A stretch of 64,000 nt of DNA, taken from positions 62,001 to 126,000 of the forward strand of contig NW_026857664.1 of assembly GCF_026571515.1 (NCBI RefSeq), read 5' to 3'. Of the stretch, positions 29,340 to 43,899 are shown piece by piece; the first letter of the stretch is position 1, and each line of letters opens with the position of its first letter. Made by a program: the position numbers and the translations under genes. The DNA comes from Ruditapes philippinarum. Taxonomy: Eukaryota. The notes under the pieces are model-generated. The model worked only from the letters and a program-made list of their open reading frames with translations. It did not search any database and was not told the DNA's origin.

Positions 29340-31003
29340 GGGGAAGGGATGTTACATCCCACCAGCATTGTATTGTCATATGGCGACCTCCAAATTATAT
29401 TGTTGAATGAACACCACTGTTGCCAATCCGCGAATTATTTAAGCAAATAACGATCACCTGAGCAGAACCACTAGTTTGTGGCACTTAACAAATAAACATT
29501 GGATGGGAAAATGTGCTTATATTGGAGAAAAAAAATGCTCTTTAATTTCGGAATTATTTTAGTTGCTATATTAGAGAAATTAAATCAAAATTTAACCATT
29601 TAAGCTAAATATACATGTATTGTATCACTGTCGTCGTTCTACTGGAATCTCTTCTATTTTGTAACTCAATGATTGATTTTCGACGGGGTCCTGACTATAT
29701 CGATGTAAATCCCGCTCAGCAACATTTGCATCAACCCAAATTTGTTGGCCTTCACTTTCGCCCTAAAAACAGCTGAATCACATAAATGTATCAGTTGTTT
29801 ATACATTGTTTTATTAAGGTGTCAGTCTTAATAAAATAAATACTGCATGCTGCTTTGCAAAATGTGTATGGTTTCAATTCGCTCCTAGTGAAATGATCCG
29901 TATTATACGGAAATGTATTATAAATATCAGCAATGGTTCGATCAAGTACTTGGAAACAGTTGGCTTGAAATCTTTAATCTTGAATTCGATTCATACTTGT
30001 TTATTTATTGGTGAAACAGCAAGAATGATATATACTTTGTTAAGATAAGCTAATGTCATTCAACGGCGACCTACTTTTGGATATTTTCATATGATTGATA
30101 ACGATAATGTGACAACTGACGCATCGCAACATGGACAAATTATTGGCCGTTTTCATATTTCATTTATATTTTGACTTTTTACGCTGACCTGCCAATCCGT
30201 GTAAGAATAAAATTAGTTTATAATGTATAACTCTATAACAAACCGGTTTGTGTGTTTATTGAACTAAAAGAAGGCATCATGCAGTTTTCGAAATTTAAAG
30301 AAATTGTGGACATTTCAAGAGAAAATTAATTATCCACGAAAATAAAAATGTAAGGAAATTAAAAAATAAATAAGGAGATGAATAAAATTTAAATATTAAT
30401 TGATTGATTGAATAATTAATAAAAATAAAATAGAACAAATAAATAAACAAGTAAGTTCTGTCCGTTCTCATAATGATACTGATCCTCCCTTTCAAATTAA
30501 TTGCCTTCAATTTAAGGAGACAGCTAAATATGTCGCATGGTAATTTCGGTCATCTTACCTTATTCTAAACTAAATATCAAGCAAAGTTCATATATAATAC
30601 ATGAGCTAGACTAGTCCGAGCAGTATTATATGTTATTCATCTAAAACAAAAAAGAAACTCTAATGCAAATAGTATTTTTATAGTTATTAGAAAGAATAAT
30701 TATTCAATACATTGACATAATTCACATATATCTTACTAGTATAAATTCAAGCTGATGGAACCTTTTATCTTAATTTTTAAGCATAGCAATAGTAGCTCAA
30801 TGTCCACAGATATAAAACACTGTATCCTTCACGTTCGTCCATCTTAAAGAAAGTAAGCAGGTATAGTGGGTAAATTTGGTTTTCTGGTTATTACATTTTG
30901 TTTAACATTTATCAATCTACTTATCTTAATGTAGACTTACCAAATGAGATAAAAGCGTCATTTTAAAATAATTCGCGTTGTCCAATAATAATTGTTACTT
31001 TTT
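29340..31003 (+). repeat. Partial segmental duplication copy C
   Basis: Direct match to A ~5620-7500 and B ~20165-21660 (e.g. gctgatgga(a)accttttatct, aacatttatcaatctacttatcttaatgtaga). Confidence 0.85.
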
Positions 31004-34000
31004 AACCGTTTAAGCCCTTCTGCAAGGATTTCTATTTATTTCCCATTTTACTTTATAACATTTAACATTATATTAAAATAAATGATGCACTAGGACAAAA
31101 TAATCGTCAGTGATTGAGCAAGGTAAATGTGAGAATGTATTATAATTATGTCATTTAACCGACTAGATAACTTATTATCGTATCTATAATATGTGAATCC
31201 TGAGATGACAACCGAATATAATTCAATTTGATATAAAACTGTTTGTATCAACAATTAGATTTTCAATTTCTCATTGAGACCTAAAAACATCCATTTTGAT
31301 TTGTAGACATTAACAGTGCTATAAATGTTATTAAAACTATGTAATATAATTTCATTGACTATAGTTTTAAAAATGTTGCCCCATACATAATTTTATAAAA
31401 AATAAATTCTAATTTACATTGACAATGCAGTTTGTTCCCCTGTCATACTTCATGGATACTTTTTAATAGTATATCATATTTAAATTGTCTGCGTTATCGT
31501 GGGGTTAATTTAATTACACAGCAATGTTAGTTAGGAAGCAAGATATCCTCGAATTAACAACAATATAAGGTGAAGAAGCACAGCATAAAGTCAATTAATT
31601 TGTGTTACCACCCATCGAGTATCTCGGTACATGAATGCATTATATTTCTTTCTTTGGTTTTTATTTGGTTTTGTTTATCATATAGAAAGCAATGCATCTT
31701 TTCCTGCAAAGGAGTGAAATAAAAAGATACTTATCATGGTTTTAAATTCTTAATAATTAGTAGAAGAAAAGCAACGATTCATAATTTAATCTATTTCATC
31801 TTACTTTATTTTACAACTTTCTTTCAGAAGTTATGAAATTTCCTTTGATAAATTGTTTCTATCGCAGAAGCAGATTATTTTGCGCTTGCGTTTTTATATT
31901 CTATTGGCAAATACTATAACTGTTATAGTCAGATTGATATATCTTATTATTATATATCTGAAATTTAATTTTATTTAGAATAATTATCAACATAGGGCAT
32001 TATATATGTTTATCTGGAAAAAATGATAATGTTATCAATCGTACATATAAATAACTAACATGTAATAAGTGTTGTTAGAAATAAAAATGATTTATATAAT
32101 TTTTTTTTAAATCGTGCTTTCAACGATAAACTGGTATGCAAGTTATGCCAATATACCAGTTATGAGCAAACACTCGACAATTTATCATACATAGGAAATA
32201 CATTTAAAGCAATTCACAAAATATAGATATTACTCTTGATTTCTTATCGCAAATATTCCACTCATATTTTTATACATTAACGTTTTAATGATTTCCTTTC
32301 AGTACACTTTGTAAATTATTTTCAAATTAATGCAAAAAAAGTTAAATGTACAAACAAACCAAAACGGTTAGTAGTTGATGACGCTTACTTTTGCAATGAT
32401 TTGCTAAAAATATTTTACACCAATGAGGATGTAATAAACAAGTAACACGCTTATTTATTGAAAACGCAACATAAAAGAGGGTGAACTTCCGGTTAGAATT
32501 TAAATTTGTTGTTTGTTTGTTTATTATCATTCATTTTTTCGACTTTCTAAATGACTTCCAAAATCAATCCATAGGATAGGAAATTCAAACAGCAATGGGA
32601 AACTTTACTTTATACATCTTTTTCTTTTATTTATTCGTGACTTCCTTTGACGCTTTATTTAAATTGTATATACTAATGATTAAATTTATATGATTGATCT
32701 GCATGTTGAATGTTTGCAACTCATAGTTTCATTGATTGTCGATAGGACAAATAAAATTTCAAAATCAATGTTAGCACATTTAAGTAACACTTTGTGCAAT
32801 TGAGACTGTTGCCTCTGTTGTTGCTGTATTATTTGTTGTACATTCTATGTCATTTGAAACACTATATAAGTTAAGATTTCACAATAAAGAGTATCAAGAT
32901 AAGTAATAAATGTTAGTCTTTAAAATATTACAATTTAGTAATCTGTCATTTAGATTTTTTTTTATTTCAGATTTGGTTCCCTCGAATATCTGATAAGAAC
33001 AAAGTAATGTGCAAAAGGTGAGATAAATGGTAAGTTATTCTCAACATTTGACTGATCGATTTCTTTTACGATCTAGAAAGAGTCTAGTATGAGTTTTGCA
33101 GAAAAAATAATAACACCCTTTTTTCGTTAGTAATGCTGTTTCCATGTCATAAATAGTCGAATATTATTTTAAAACAGACAATTTGGCGTTTTTAAACGTT
33201 TGCGAACATTTGTTTACATGCCAAATGGAACATCAGCATAAAAATCCTTCAACGTTGTATTATATATCAGTAAAAAGGTTTTATCTTTGATAATAATATA
33301 ATGTTTTGCATCAACTTATATACTTATATTGTGTTTCCTTCCAGACATAAGTCTAGTTAATAAATCAGATATTAGGTAATGTTGTACAACTGTATAATTA
33401 TGATTAACCGCCATCGTGAATTGCTATCTTTGTCTGTGCCGTATTTCGATATGCTTTTATACATCTAATTTGTATATGGCTCGTTCTCGTTTTATCCAAT
33501 TCGTTTGTTTGTTTTCGATTGCATCATAAAAGAAGGACTTCAAATATTTATAAACTGTATCATTTTATACAGAAATATATCATGTTTCGTTTGAGTTAAT
33601 ATATATATTAAAAGCTTATGCAACACGTTTATACGCACAAACGAACACATTATCACATGAATGAACTAACTAAAGAAAACACGGTGACAAACTTTCATTT
33701 TTACTTGTTATTCCAAAGAAAAACACGCAATAACTGTTCCTGAAAAGTATCATCGTTGTTTTGTAAAAACCAAATTTGAATCATATTAACATAGACTCAT
33801 TATATTCATTTCATCTTGTTGCTTAAAATAACTTGTATTTATCGAAATGTCACATTCATACAACGTGTCTAGCACTGAGGAGAATTGAATAACTCAGCAC
33901 AGATGAGAGTCACTGTACAGTGTAAATTAATCTTTATGACAGTTAATGAACCGCACATTCACGTATTTCATATTTTGCTGAGACAAATTGATATTGCTAT

Positions 34001-35141
34001 TATATTGTTGGTTTTAATATCGTTATACTTTACAAAATATTGGCAAACTATTGAAACCTTTATAGAGAAATTGATTTATTCAACGTGTGTGCTATGACCA
34101 AAACGAATAGGCATTGTCATTGAAAAATGATTAAGCAATATAATTAAGATCACATCAATAAATACATTTATATGATATATGAAAACATCCATTTTAACAA
34201 ATACTTAATGCTGAACACACACAATTTATAGTTAAAAAGTTTGCATAATTATTGAATTTAGTACCACAGTCCAGTCAAATCAGGCAGCATTGCGGATAAA
34301 AATATAATTTTAATTGACCTTTTCTCCATGAAATAAATACCCTGATATCCCTGGAATGGCCCGAAACTTAAAATATTAAGTACAAAATAATCAGTTAAGA
34401 ATCAACCGAACGTTTGTGTTATTGACGGATTTGTTTATTTTGTTTGCATTTACATGATTTTGTTTTAAATTTTTGGTGTTTTTTTATTCATTAATAAACG
34501 ACATTAAATATTCATTTAAACGCCCTTTTAATTTAACGTTCATTTATTATACATGTTATAAATACAATGCCATAATAATTCATGTTGTTTGTAAACCATA
34601 GAACATTGTTGTTTGTATGTTATCTGTTCTTGATATTATCTCATAACGTGTATGCTACTTTGAAATTAAAGAAAAAATTTCTGTTTATTTTGTCTTCATT
34701 AAAAACACATTCAAATGAATAACAATTCGTTTACAAATAGTTCCTGTTTTTTGGGGGGGGGGGGGGTAGGGGTGTGTGGGTGGTAATGGTATTATATTTA
34801 TATATATTTCAAAGATAGAAGTACAGTGTACATGTAAACCTTCCGGGAATTGTATTATATATGTATTCCAGAAAATTGTTACAGATTGATAACGTTAAAA
34901 GGTTTCCATATAAAATTATATATATCTAAATGACATTACAGTAACTGTAAAATAAGATTAGTTTTATAATATATGTCACGCAGGAAAATAGAACAAAATA
35001 TCAGTCAAATTTATATAATATTCATAATTGCGTAAATAACTTCAAGCTTTTATCTCTAAAGTATTATTTATTCATAATGTCTGTAAAAATGACAATTTTT
35101 GAGATGTTTTACATCGATTCAGTTATCTGACGAACCAGATT

Positions 35142-37986
35142 CAAGGGGGAGAATCACGCCCAAACAAACAAGATGGCGGATGCAGCCAAAATGTAGGGTT
35201 TTCCCTTTTTTCTCTGAAATTCGTGATGTTCTAATGTAAAAGTACATATAACAACCTTCTTCACAATTTTCCTGGCACACACGATTTTATTTCATGATTT
35301 TTCGTCCCGTACATCATCTGAAATGCGCGTCACCAGATTCGAAGCGAGAGAATTTTCCACCGGTTTGATCGTGGTAACGTACGGCTTTTTCTCTAAATTT
35401 CACTGTTTCTTTAACATATATGTATATTAACTGAAACCACTGACTTTAAAAAGTTGTAATATGTTGTCAAGTAAGCATTCATGTCCATTCTGGCTGATTT
35501 ACTGCTGTAAATATTGATATCGGGGCATTTTCCGGAAATGATAACGTATGGCGCATAAAATATCAATGATAACATACGGCGCATTTTACTACTTGCTGGA
35601 TTTCCATTTGTCCAATCAGCTGATAATGAATTATTTTTATGTAGGAAATATCTGACAAAAATGTTGGTCAGGTCAGAAATAATTAATTGAACAATGTGCT
35701 GTACCATCGGATATAAATATCTTTCTAGCTGGTGGCATAATAGATATCCGTTGTTAATAAACCAATTAAAACACACGTGTATAGTTTGAGAATATTTTGT
35801 ATGAAATGCAGAATGAAACGAAAAGCCTTCACTTTCAGGAAACATTTGTGTAGTGTTGTCTCCACATTACATTTCGCCAGTGTTTTGTGATAATGGTCTT
35901 ATCCCCTTATCAGAAAGAAGAAACGCATTCAGCAGAGCGAAAATGTTAAAAAGGTACGGACGGCTTGATATATTTTCTTTTCCAAAGAAAATGTCAAGAA
36001 TCGTTCCTAACAAATTCTGATAAGGAAATCTTAATAATTGAACCCGTCAAACATTTACAAAACGAAAATTGATTGCGACTAGCTTACATCCAGATGAGAT
36101 GAGCCTGTGTTTATTCAATCTGGTCGCTCGTTGAAAGAAAAATACATAAAAGGGAATAATGAATGAATGTAGGTTCTATATTTAAATTATTGAATGAGTT
36201 AGAAAATGAATGAATTAAGTAAATAAGAAATTTTTTGATTATTTGACGGGCGCTTAATATTGAAACGCTACCATTTAGCGTGACGTTGTGCCACTATGAC
36301 GTCAGATATATTTTTACAGTTTTTTTTATTACAGTAGACAGTAGACATTTTATTTTATTCCAATAGGCTTTAAAGCCGATGAGGACATAAAACATGCACA
36401 ATAACGAACAGTTCATACAAACATAATATCAAAAATCATGAAAAAGTTTGGAGAAGAGCAATTTTGATTGATAAAGTAAATACCAGCCGAAATTTTCTTA
36501 AGAAGTTACATTATGAACATTTTTACATCAAAATTGATCTTTAAACCACTAACTTATAGGTATCTTGTATATACATTATACATACACACATATACATGTA
36601 CATACATACAAAAAACATACATTACATGAACCATTAATGCAGAATTGATGTATATTAATCGATTTTTAATACATAAACGGAATTACCATATGTTTATGCA
36701 CATATCCATAAAAAATGAAGGTCCCTGAAACCCTTCGCATCAATCGCGGAGTTCATAATTGTAAATGAAAGAAACGTCAATATTTAACCAAAGCAATTAA
36801 AAGCAAGAATTTGCCTATCATATTCTGGCGTTGTTTTTCTTTCCACAAACGCCCCAACAAAAACAATAATTTCTTAAAAAAGTATTACAGGTATCATCAA
36901 TAAAAGAGTGACATTGGAATTGGCTTATTTATTTGTAGTGTTAAATATAAAGTTTCAAATCGATTTGGATTTCGATGTTTTTATCCATGCCGGAAAACCC
37001 GTCTGAAACCTTTACTGCCAGACCGCTCATGCGCTTAGATGACGTCATTAGCTTTATGAAAGAACGGTTTTAAAAATTATTACGCTACTCTTAAAGTAGT
37101 GTTTACGAAGTGTATATGTTAGTGTTACAGAAATTAGAAACTTCGACGGGAACGATAGCGACCGGAGACTATCTCTTATTTCTGTAGAACAGCTACGGAT
37201 GAATACAAACATACTTGGTGTCAAGCTTTATTTGGCTTCATTAATATTAACTTTATTTCGTCACTTTACCTGTCCATTTACACAAACGCGGTTGTATGAA
37301 GCACTATGAAAAAGAAGGCTGCTATGAACGGACTTTGATATATCATCGAATTTTGTTCTTCTATGAAAATTTACACAAGAATTTTAAAAAAATACAGCGC
37401 TTTCATTGGATGACACATAAAGCTGGACACTAATATTATTTATTTCAGTTTCTTAATATGGTTCTACACATCCTCTTATGTCTTGTAAACATAACTTTTC
37501 TATTTTAAAGAAAATCAATTAATCAGAAACAAATGCGCCGTACGTTATCAGTGATATTTTGTGCGCCATACGTTACCATTTCCGGAAAATGCCCCGATAT
37601 TAATATTTACAGCGATTATTCTAGCCAGAATGGACATGAATGCTTAGATGACGACATATTACAACTTTTTAAAGTCATTGGTTTCAGTTGATATACATAT
37701 ATGTAAACGAAACAGTGAATTTTAGAGAAAAAGCCGTACGTTACCACGATCAAACCGGTGGAAAATTCTCTCGCTTCGAATCTGGTGACATGCATTTCAG
37801 ATGAAGTACGGGACGAAACATCATGAAATAAAATCTTGTGTGCCAGGAAAATTGTGAAGATGGTTGTTATATGTACTTTTACATTAGAACATCACGAATT
37901 TTAGAGAAAATATGGAAAAACCTACTTTTTGGCTGAATCCGCCATCTTGTTTGTTTGGGTAACGAACGGCGTGATTCTCCCCCGTG
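35142..37986. mobile_element. Non-autonomous DNA transposon with ~450-bp TIRs, CA(C)..GTG termini and 5-bp TSD (Transib/RAG-like signature)
   Basis: AGATT|CAAGGGGGAGAATCACG... (35142-~35587) is the inverted match of ...CGTGATTCTCCCCCGTG|AGATT (~37531-37986); exact 5-bp TSD AGATT at 35137-35141 and 37987-37991; no transposase ORF recognised inside. Confidence 0.85.
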
Positions 37987-39439
37987 AGATTATTATGATT
38001 TTTTTTTTCGATATATTGTTGAAATTGGGCATACTTAATTTAGTATATATATTTTTTGATACATATAATACGTAAGCTAACTTTTCAAATTATATTGACG
38101 TGATTCTTGCGTTGTACACAGATATTATTTGGATTATCATTCAAATATGATATCAAAGAACCATTAATTTTGAACGATAAAATGAGTTAAAAAATCTGGA
38201 AACAAAGTGATCCCTCGGAAGCATTAATCACAACAAAATTACAAGAGAAATGCAGACTCGGTTTGATTGAATCTGTACATGAGGGATAATGAATACGTGC
38301 AACATCTCTCACGCCCCCAAGCACTGGCTTGAGCGGTACTCAATTCTCAACACTTAATTACCAACATTGGACTTCTGATGAAATACATTCGGGAGCAATA
38401 AATTCATTCATTCAAAAAAATATCGTTCTTTCAACATGCCGCGCTTTTTTATCAATAAAACATATTTCTTTTCTGGTGTTGTCAAAACAAATACAATTCC
38501 TTTTTATTTAGCTAACTGAAATATCCTAGTAAGTTTAACTTCCTGATTCATTTAAATTCCGCACTACAATGAAACCAATTCTCGAAACAAAACATACACT
38601 ATGATAACAACATGTCATATTCAGTAAAGAAATGTTAAGTATGAATAAAATTTCCTTAGGAATTATACTCTTGTCCCATTTTTTGCCATACATATGAAAA
38701 GATACTCAACATGATAGTATACAGTCAACTGCTATACTGAATGGGGTAGCAAGGAAAAAAATTAATATACAATGTATATCACTTAAACATTGTTTTGCCA
38801 TTTTGTCCAGCAAAAAATAAATAACAATGATAACATTATCAAAACATTTTATATCAAAATAAAAAGTTCTGATTCAGGAGCGTAACTTCGACATGAATGG
38901 ATAATTATAACCAACACTCTAATCTGATTTTATTTTAGAGTTCTAAAATACATATTGGGGAATACTTAAAAATAAAACAGAAAGCCTTAACTTCAATGGA
39001 ATACACAAACAAACATCAGTTTCAATCATATGTTCTGTTTTATATATATTCGTACAATTCTAAAATCTAAATGTCAAATGTTTTAATAAGCAATATTTAT
39101 TTGTTAAATATATAAACCAATTGTCAATGGTCAATATCATAATGGTCTTGACTACTTAAAGACTGTCCAACCAATAATTAGAGAATACTTTGGCTTGCAG
39201 CCACTGAAGTTTATAAGAAATGTGGGTGATTCAGATGCAATGAGCTTTTTGCGTGACCAAAGGATTGATTGTCGTATCTTAACTAGCTTAATATACAGTA
39301 ATTATCAAGCTAATAGAAATAAAGATATTCTTTTGCGAGAACAAAAATGGTACCCATGTTATAAATAGTATATGGTTAAATCGTTGACGATGTTTGTTAA
39401 TAAATGGTAGCTATGCCTTCAACAAATTTAGATGTTGCT

Positions 39440-39792
39440 TTGAAACTCACAAAACCGCGGCGCAGGAGTAAATTTAAGCCATTTAATTAAAACGATATTA
39501 CAATTTGACGTGACGTCATTTGCGCTATATATTACATAGCGTAAAAGCGCGCTAATGTTAGCGCTTCAATATAGGCGCGTCAATTAAAATGATTCTTTTT
39601 AACAGTTTACCATTCTTATTTTAGATATGTGATAAAAAGAATATTATATTCGTGTAGATTCAATACTCAATTTATTGAACTCGTTGAATATAACAATATT
39701 ATGCTCACCAGAGGCTCAAATAAAATGATTTTATTCAACTCGTTCAATAAATTTAGTATTAAACCTACACTCATTCAATATCCTCTATATAA
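39440..39792. mobile_element. Hairpin-containing non-autonomous repeat; related fragment at ~36150-36310
   Basis: Internal inverted arms aatactcaatttattgaac..gttcaataaatttagtatt (39663-39761); reverse-complement similarity to ~36150-36285 (attgacgcgcctatattgaagcgcta vs tttgacgggcgcttaatattgaaacgcta). Confidence 0.5.
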
Positions 39793-40194
39793 ACAATGTG
39801 ACAATCACTTTCTCTTGCACTCTTTAAAACCAGAGAGCATAACAAAAACTTACTTTGACAAGCTATACCTCTATTTCGGAATCTGGTCTTTCAAAATTAA
39901 TATCAGTCTGTAAGTTGTGCGTACCACAGATATTGCATTGAAGCTAATCATACTAGTGATAATAGGACAAACCAACCTGCAATAAATACTGTAATCATCT
40001 ACATAACAAAATGTTTATATATAGATTTTACTTAAGATCAAATTAGAATTAAAATTATGGTTTTAGATAAAATGTCAATTAAACTCGACTTTAAATTTAG
40101 ATAGAACAAAGATTTAGGCCTATTTATATCATACTTATTTTATATCAAATGCAAATATAGATAAAATTCAATGTAACTGATATTGTAAATTTGG

Positions 40195-41330
40195 TACAGC
40201 TTTTTACAGATGGTGAATGACTTAAATCTTATCCAACATTTACAATATGATGCCATGAAATATTTTAGCAGCTCACTTTAATTGAATATGTCTGTAATAT
40301 CTACTTTACACACTTATACCAATTTCACAATTTTACGTTTATAATGGTGTACGTGGATATTCATTTTGTTTTACATAATTTATTTTCCTCGTCAATAGGT
40401 TTATGCAGGTCGAGGACATCCTGCTCTATACCGATATTCATTTTAGCCTTTAGTCTATTTTCTCGTTTCCTGATCCGAGTATGAATAAGATATTCCTTAA
40501 GTAAATGTTATCCATTACCTGGACCAGTTACTGTTATAAATGAATTTTCACAAATTCCTAAAATTCTTAATGCTGTCATAGAGGATATGAATTGAACTTT
40601 ATTAAAATATAAAACCGTTGGAATACGAATTTTTTAATTTCAACCTGAAAAATATGAATTCATTGTTTTTTAAAGCGATTGCCCCTTTTCCCCTTTATCA
40701 ACTTTTTTGGTGCTTGTTTTTTGTTAAAAAAGCAAACAATAAAATTATGTTTTTTTAATTTAAAAAAAGTCGGACTGTTTAAAATTTTTTATAAAATTGG
40801 CGAATACTTTTAAACATTTTGGGGTTTTGAACGCTTTTCTTAATGAAAAACCCTCAACACAAAAACCAAAAAAAGCAAATAATTTAATTTAAATTTTGAT
40901 TAAAATTATTTCTTTTTTTTCATTATTTTAAAAACAGCTTTTAATTTATTTAATTCCAAACAACCTTGCATGATATAACATCATTTATTGCATGAGTTGT
41001 GTAACAATAATTATCGTGTAAATGAGCCTAATTTTCCATATAATTACAAAAGACAAATGTCAGATTAGAAATGGCTTTTTTGCATGTCTTCTTCATCCAA
41101 ACGTTAACTTGATATATGGTTGCAGTGGAGTATCATTTAAATGTCCGTTAATAGAAGAGAGATATGCGTATATATAATTTTGTGTTGCTGTTGCCTAGTA
41201 CTGGTGATAAGTCTAGTGCAATTATTCCTAAATATATTACTATCGCATATTTGGGCCTAAATAATGTTCTGTTCTATTTTTGTCTGCGTCATTTGAAGTA
41301 AATAGCGCAATACGAATAATAAGAACATGT
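40195..41330 (-). pseudogene. Decayed signal peptide/PAN-like + C-type-lectin gene
   Basis: MFLLFVLRYLLQMTQT at ~41328; acceptor ttttcag| at ~40644, then in order across frameshifts LGIC, VT/WS, LFILGS..EKID, VL(D/G)LHK, NW, SWH(H/D), FTICKK, which is the motif order of a CTL domain. Confidence 0.5.
40660..40960. other. Second homopolymer-inflated stretch
   Basis: Same texture (gccccttttcccctttatc, ttttggggttttg). Confidence 0.55.
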
Positions 41331-43899
41331 GTCAAACTTGCAAAATTTTATTCAGTTTTTCTTAAGATAAATTAAAAGTAGCCCCATGGAGTATTAATAT
41401 AATTTGACGGTTAATTAAATGTTCCAAAACATAACATTTATTCAAATCGACTGATAGCAGACTAAAATAATTGCGAAATAACAAATTGCTTTTCTCTGAG
41501 CCTTCTTGTTTCAAACACTTTCAAAGTCATGTCTGTTTCTTTATGTAGATATTAGCCGGTATAAGACAGATAAAACTTCACACTTTACAATCAACAGTCG
41601 ACAACTATGATTTAACTAAACGCTTCTCAATTCTTTTGACAAAAATGAATACAAGAACTCAAAAACGCATAAGCCTTATATCCCTTATAAAGAACTTAAC
41701 AGACAAATAATGTGCTATCTTTATCAAATTAAAGTTTCAGTAAACAGTTCTAAATAACGAAAACAGCAACAGTAAAAAGGTGTGCAGCATTCTTTTTTTT
41801 TTATGTTTAAAGTAGAATAATGATAAAAACTTTTAAAATGAAAATTATTTTTTAATTATAGAAATTAAAATAAACAGGTTAAGAAATTTAATTTGAGAAT
41901 TGCCAAAACTGTTGCACTTAAAGAATTACGTCCATAAATGGCCAAACAAATGAAGAAACCAGAAGTTTGGGGCAGAGGGTCAATAACTGGGATATGGAGC
42001 AAAATTGTCATGTATTAATAATTCGCTGATGTTTGCATATTATACTGATGCTTTGTTTGATTACCATGTGTATGCTTGTATATTTGTTTGTATTACTATT
42101 TTCAGTTTAACTCGGATACTGTTGTTATCATAGGGTGTAATAATTCTTAATATTATATTCAATTGTTTAAAACATTGCCCGAACGTACGTTTTTTTTTTT
42201 AAATATTTTCAATACGTCTTTAATTTACCTTCAAACTAATAGTAAATATGTTTATACACGTGGTATACTCAGCGAATCGCATCTAACGTTATATGCTTTT
42301 TGAAATACTTCAGGCTAATTAGATGTTTTTCGTTTTTGGTTTTTTGTTTGTTGTTTTTTTCAGCATTCACATTTCTTATTAAATCCGCAAGTTTCAACAT
42401 ATTTTTACCCGAATATATGCCTCTAAATATATACACAATAAAAAACAAACAAAAAAAAAAAAAACAGTGAAAAAAAATAAACAAATACAAAAACAAATCA
42501 AACATTTTTATATTCAAGAAAATGATAAGAACGGAAAACTAACTCTTAAAGAATTATTTCCTTTTTTAGTGTATTTTTATAATGAGTGGAGTTTTGTATT
42601 AAATCAAGCTGTATGAAAAATCGGGAATATAAATAGTTTGGAAAACTATAAAAGATGCAAAAATGTTCAAGAAGTAAGAAACTGTATAGCAATCAAAAAT
42701 GACTAAAAGGTACTGTTTAAAAGTCTTTTTCAGTATCTCTTCTGGCAGCAAACTAAAGAAGAGTGGCATTTCAAAGGATATTTAAACGTTTATATTCCGA
42801 AAGGCATTAGTTTAAAGTATAGATATAAAAATACTAAACACACATTGACCAATACATGCAATAAGACCGGTGTCTTTATAGTAACACAAGTGATGTTTCT
42901 AGGTACATGTATCTGAAAATAGATTGCTGCGTGCGTTTGTTTCATTTAAGAAGCTAGTTAGATTAGTAATTATAAAACGCATCATTTGTAAGAACGTTCA
43001 GATACAAGCACAATGGCTGTTTGTTCAATTCTAATACATTTTTTAAATTCAATTTGTCCTAAGCTCCAGTAAACCGAAACATTATCTTCTCTGGATGATT
43101 GATATTACTAGAATAAGACAAGTTTCCAGACAACATTGACAGATATTTACTACTAGGATAAACATCGGATTACTTCTCTTTTTATGTCTTTCTATAGATA
43201 ACCGATATAGATCTAGAATTCCAAAGTGAAAAAGGTTTGTAACATTTCCTTGTTATAAAGTACATACTTTTAGCAAAATATGATGAAAAATGTCAGAAAC
43301 CATAAATTCTATCTGCTCTTAAAAAATGAAATAAAGTGTACATTAAACATCATAAAACAGGAATGGCACAAATTTAATCGTTTTAGGGTTATGTGAATAA
43401 AATACAAGAAAAACAATTACTTGAGAAAACCTGTGTCGTGATACAACGCTTTTTTGCTGTTTGACTTAACAACTTTTATGTCTTCTGTTGGTGATTCTAA
43501 ATTAAAAAAATATCTTTTAAATTAATTTCAACATGTTCATGTTTAAATGTTAAATTCTGCTTAAGTCGGTTGGACGATAGCTTGCAAGTACCATCACCGT
43601 ACATGAACGGATTCAATCAAACCATGTTATTTTCGATTTTGTCGTGTTGGATTTTTCATGGCTTCTCTTTTATTCTATACAATTTTGATTTATGTACGGC
43701 ATGCAGATATGTTTTAAGAGTATAATATTTTATTCGTTAATGTTAGATGATCATATGGAACTGTAACTGACATTATTTTATTTTATTTAACCATAAATGA
43801 AGAAATAAGAATTAAATAGTTGTTTTTATACCTTAAATTGTTTGAGCGTTAATGTAATTTATTAGACAGTTTTAAAATCTGTTAAAAGTATAAATAAAA

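Noticed and set aside
31000-31510. piggyBac-like TTAA-CC...GG-TTAA element truncating copy C
   Set aside because: Inverted match limited to ~6 bp, with no convincing TIR.
40360-40644. ENSFITVTGPGNG* as the Walker A of a STAND NTPase
   Set aside because: No GK(S/T) and no Walker B downstream; alternative frames give an ordered set of C-type-lectin motifs.
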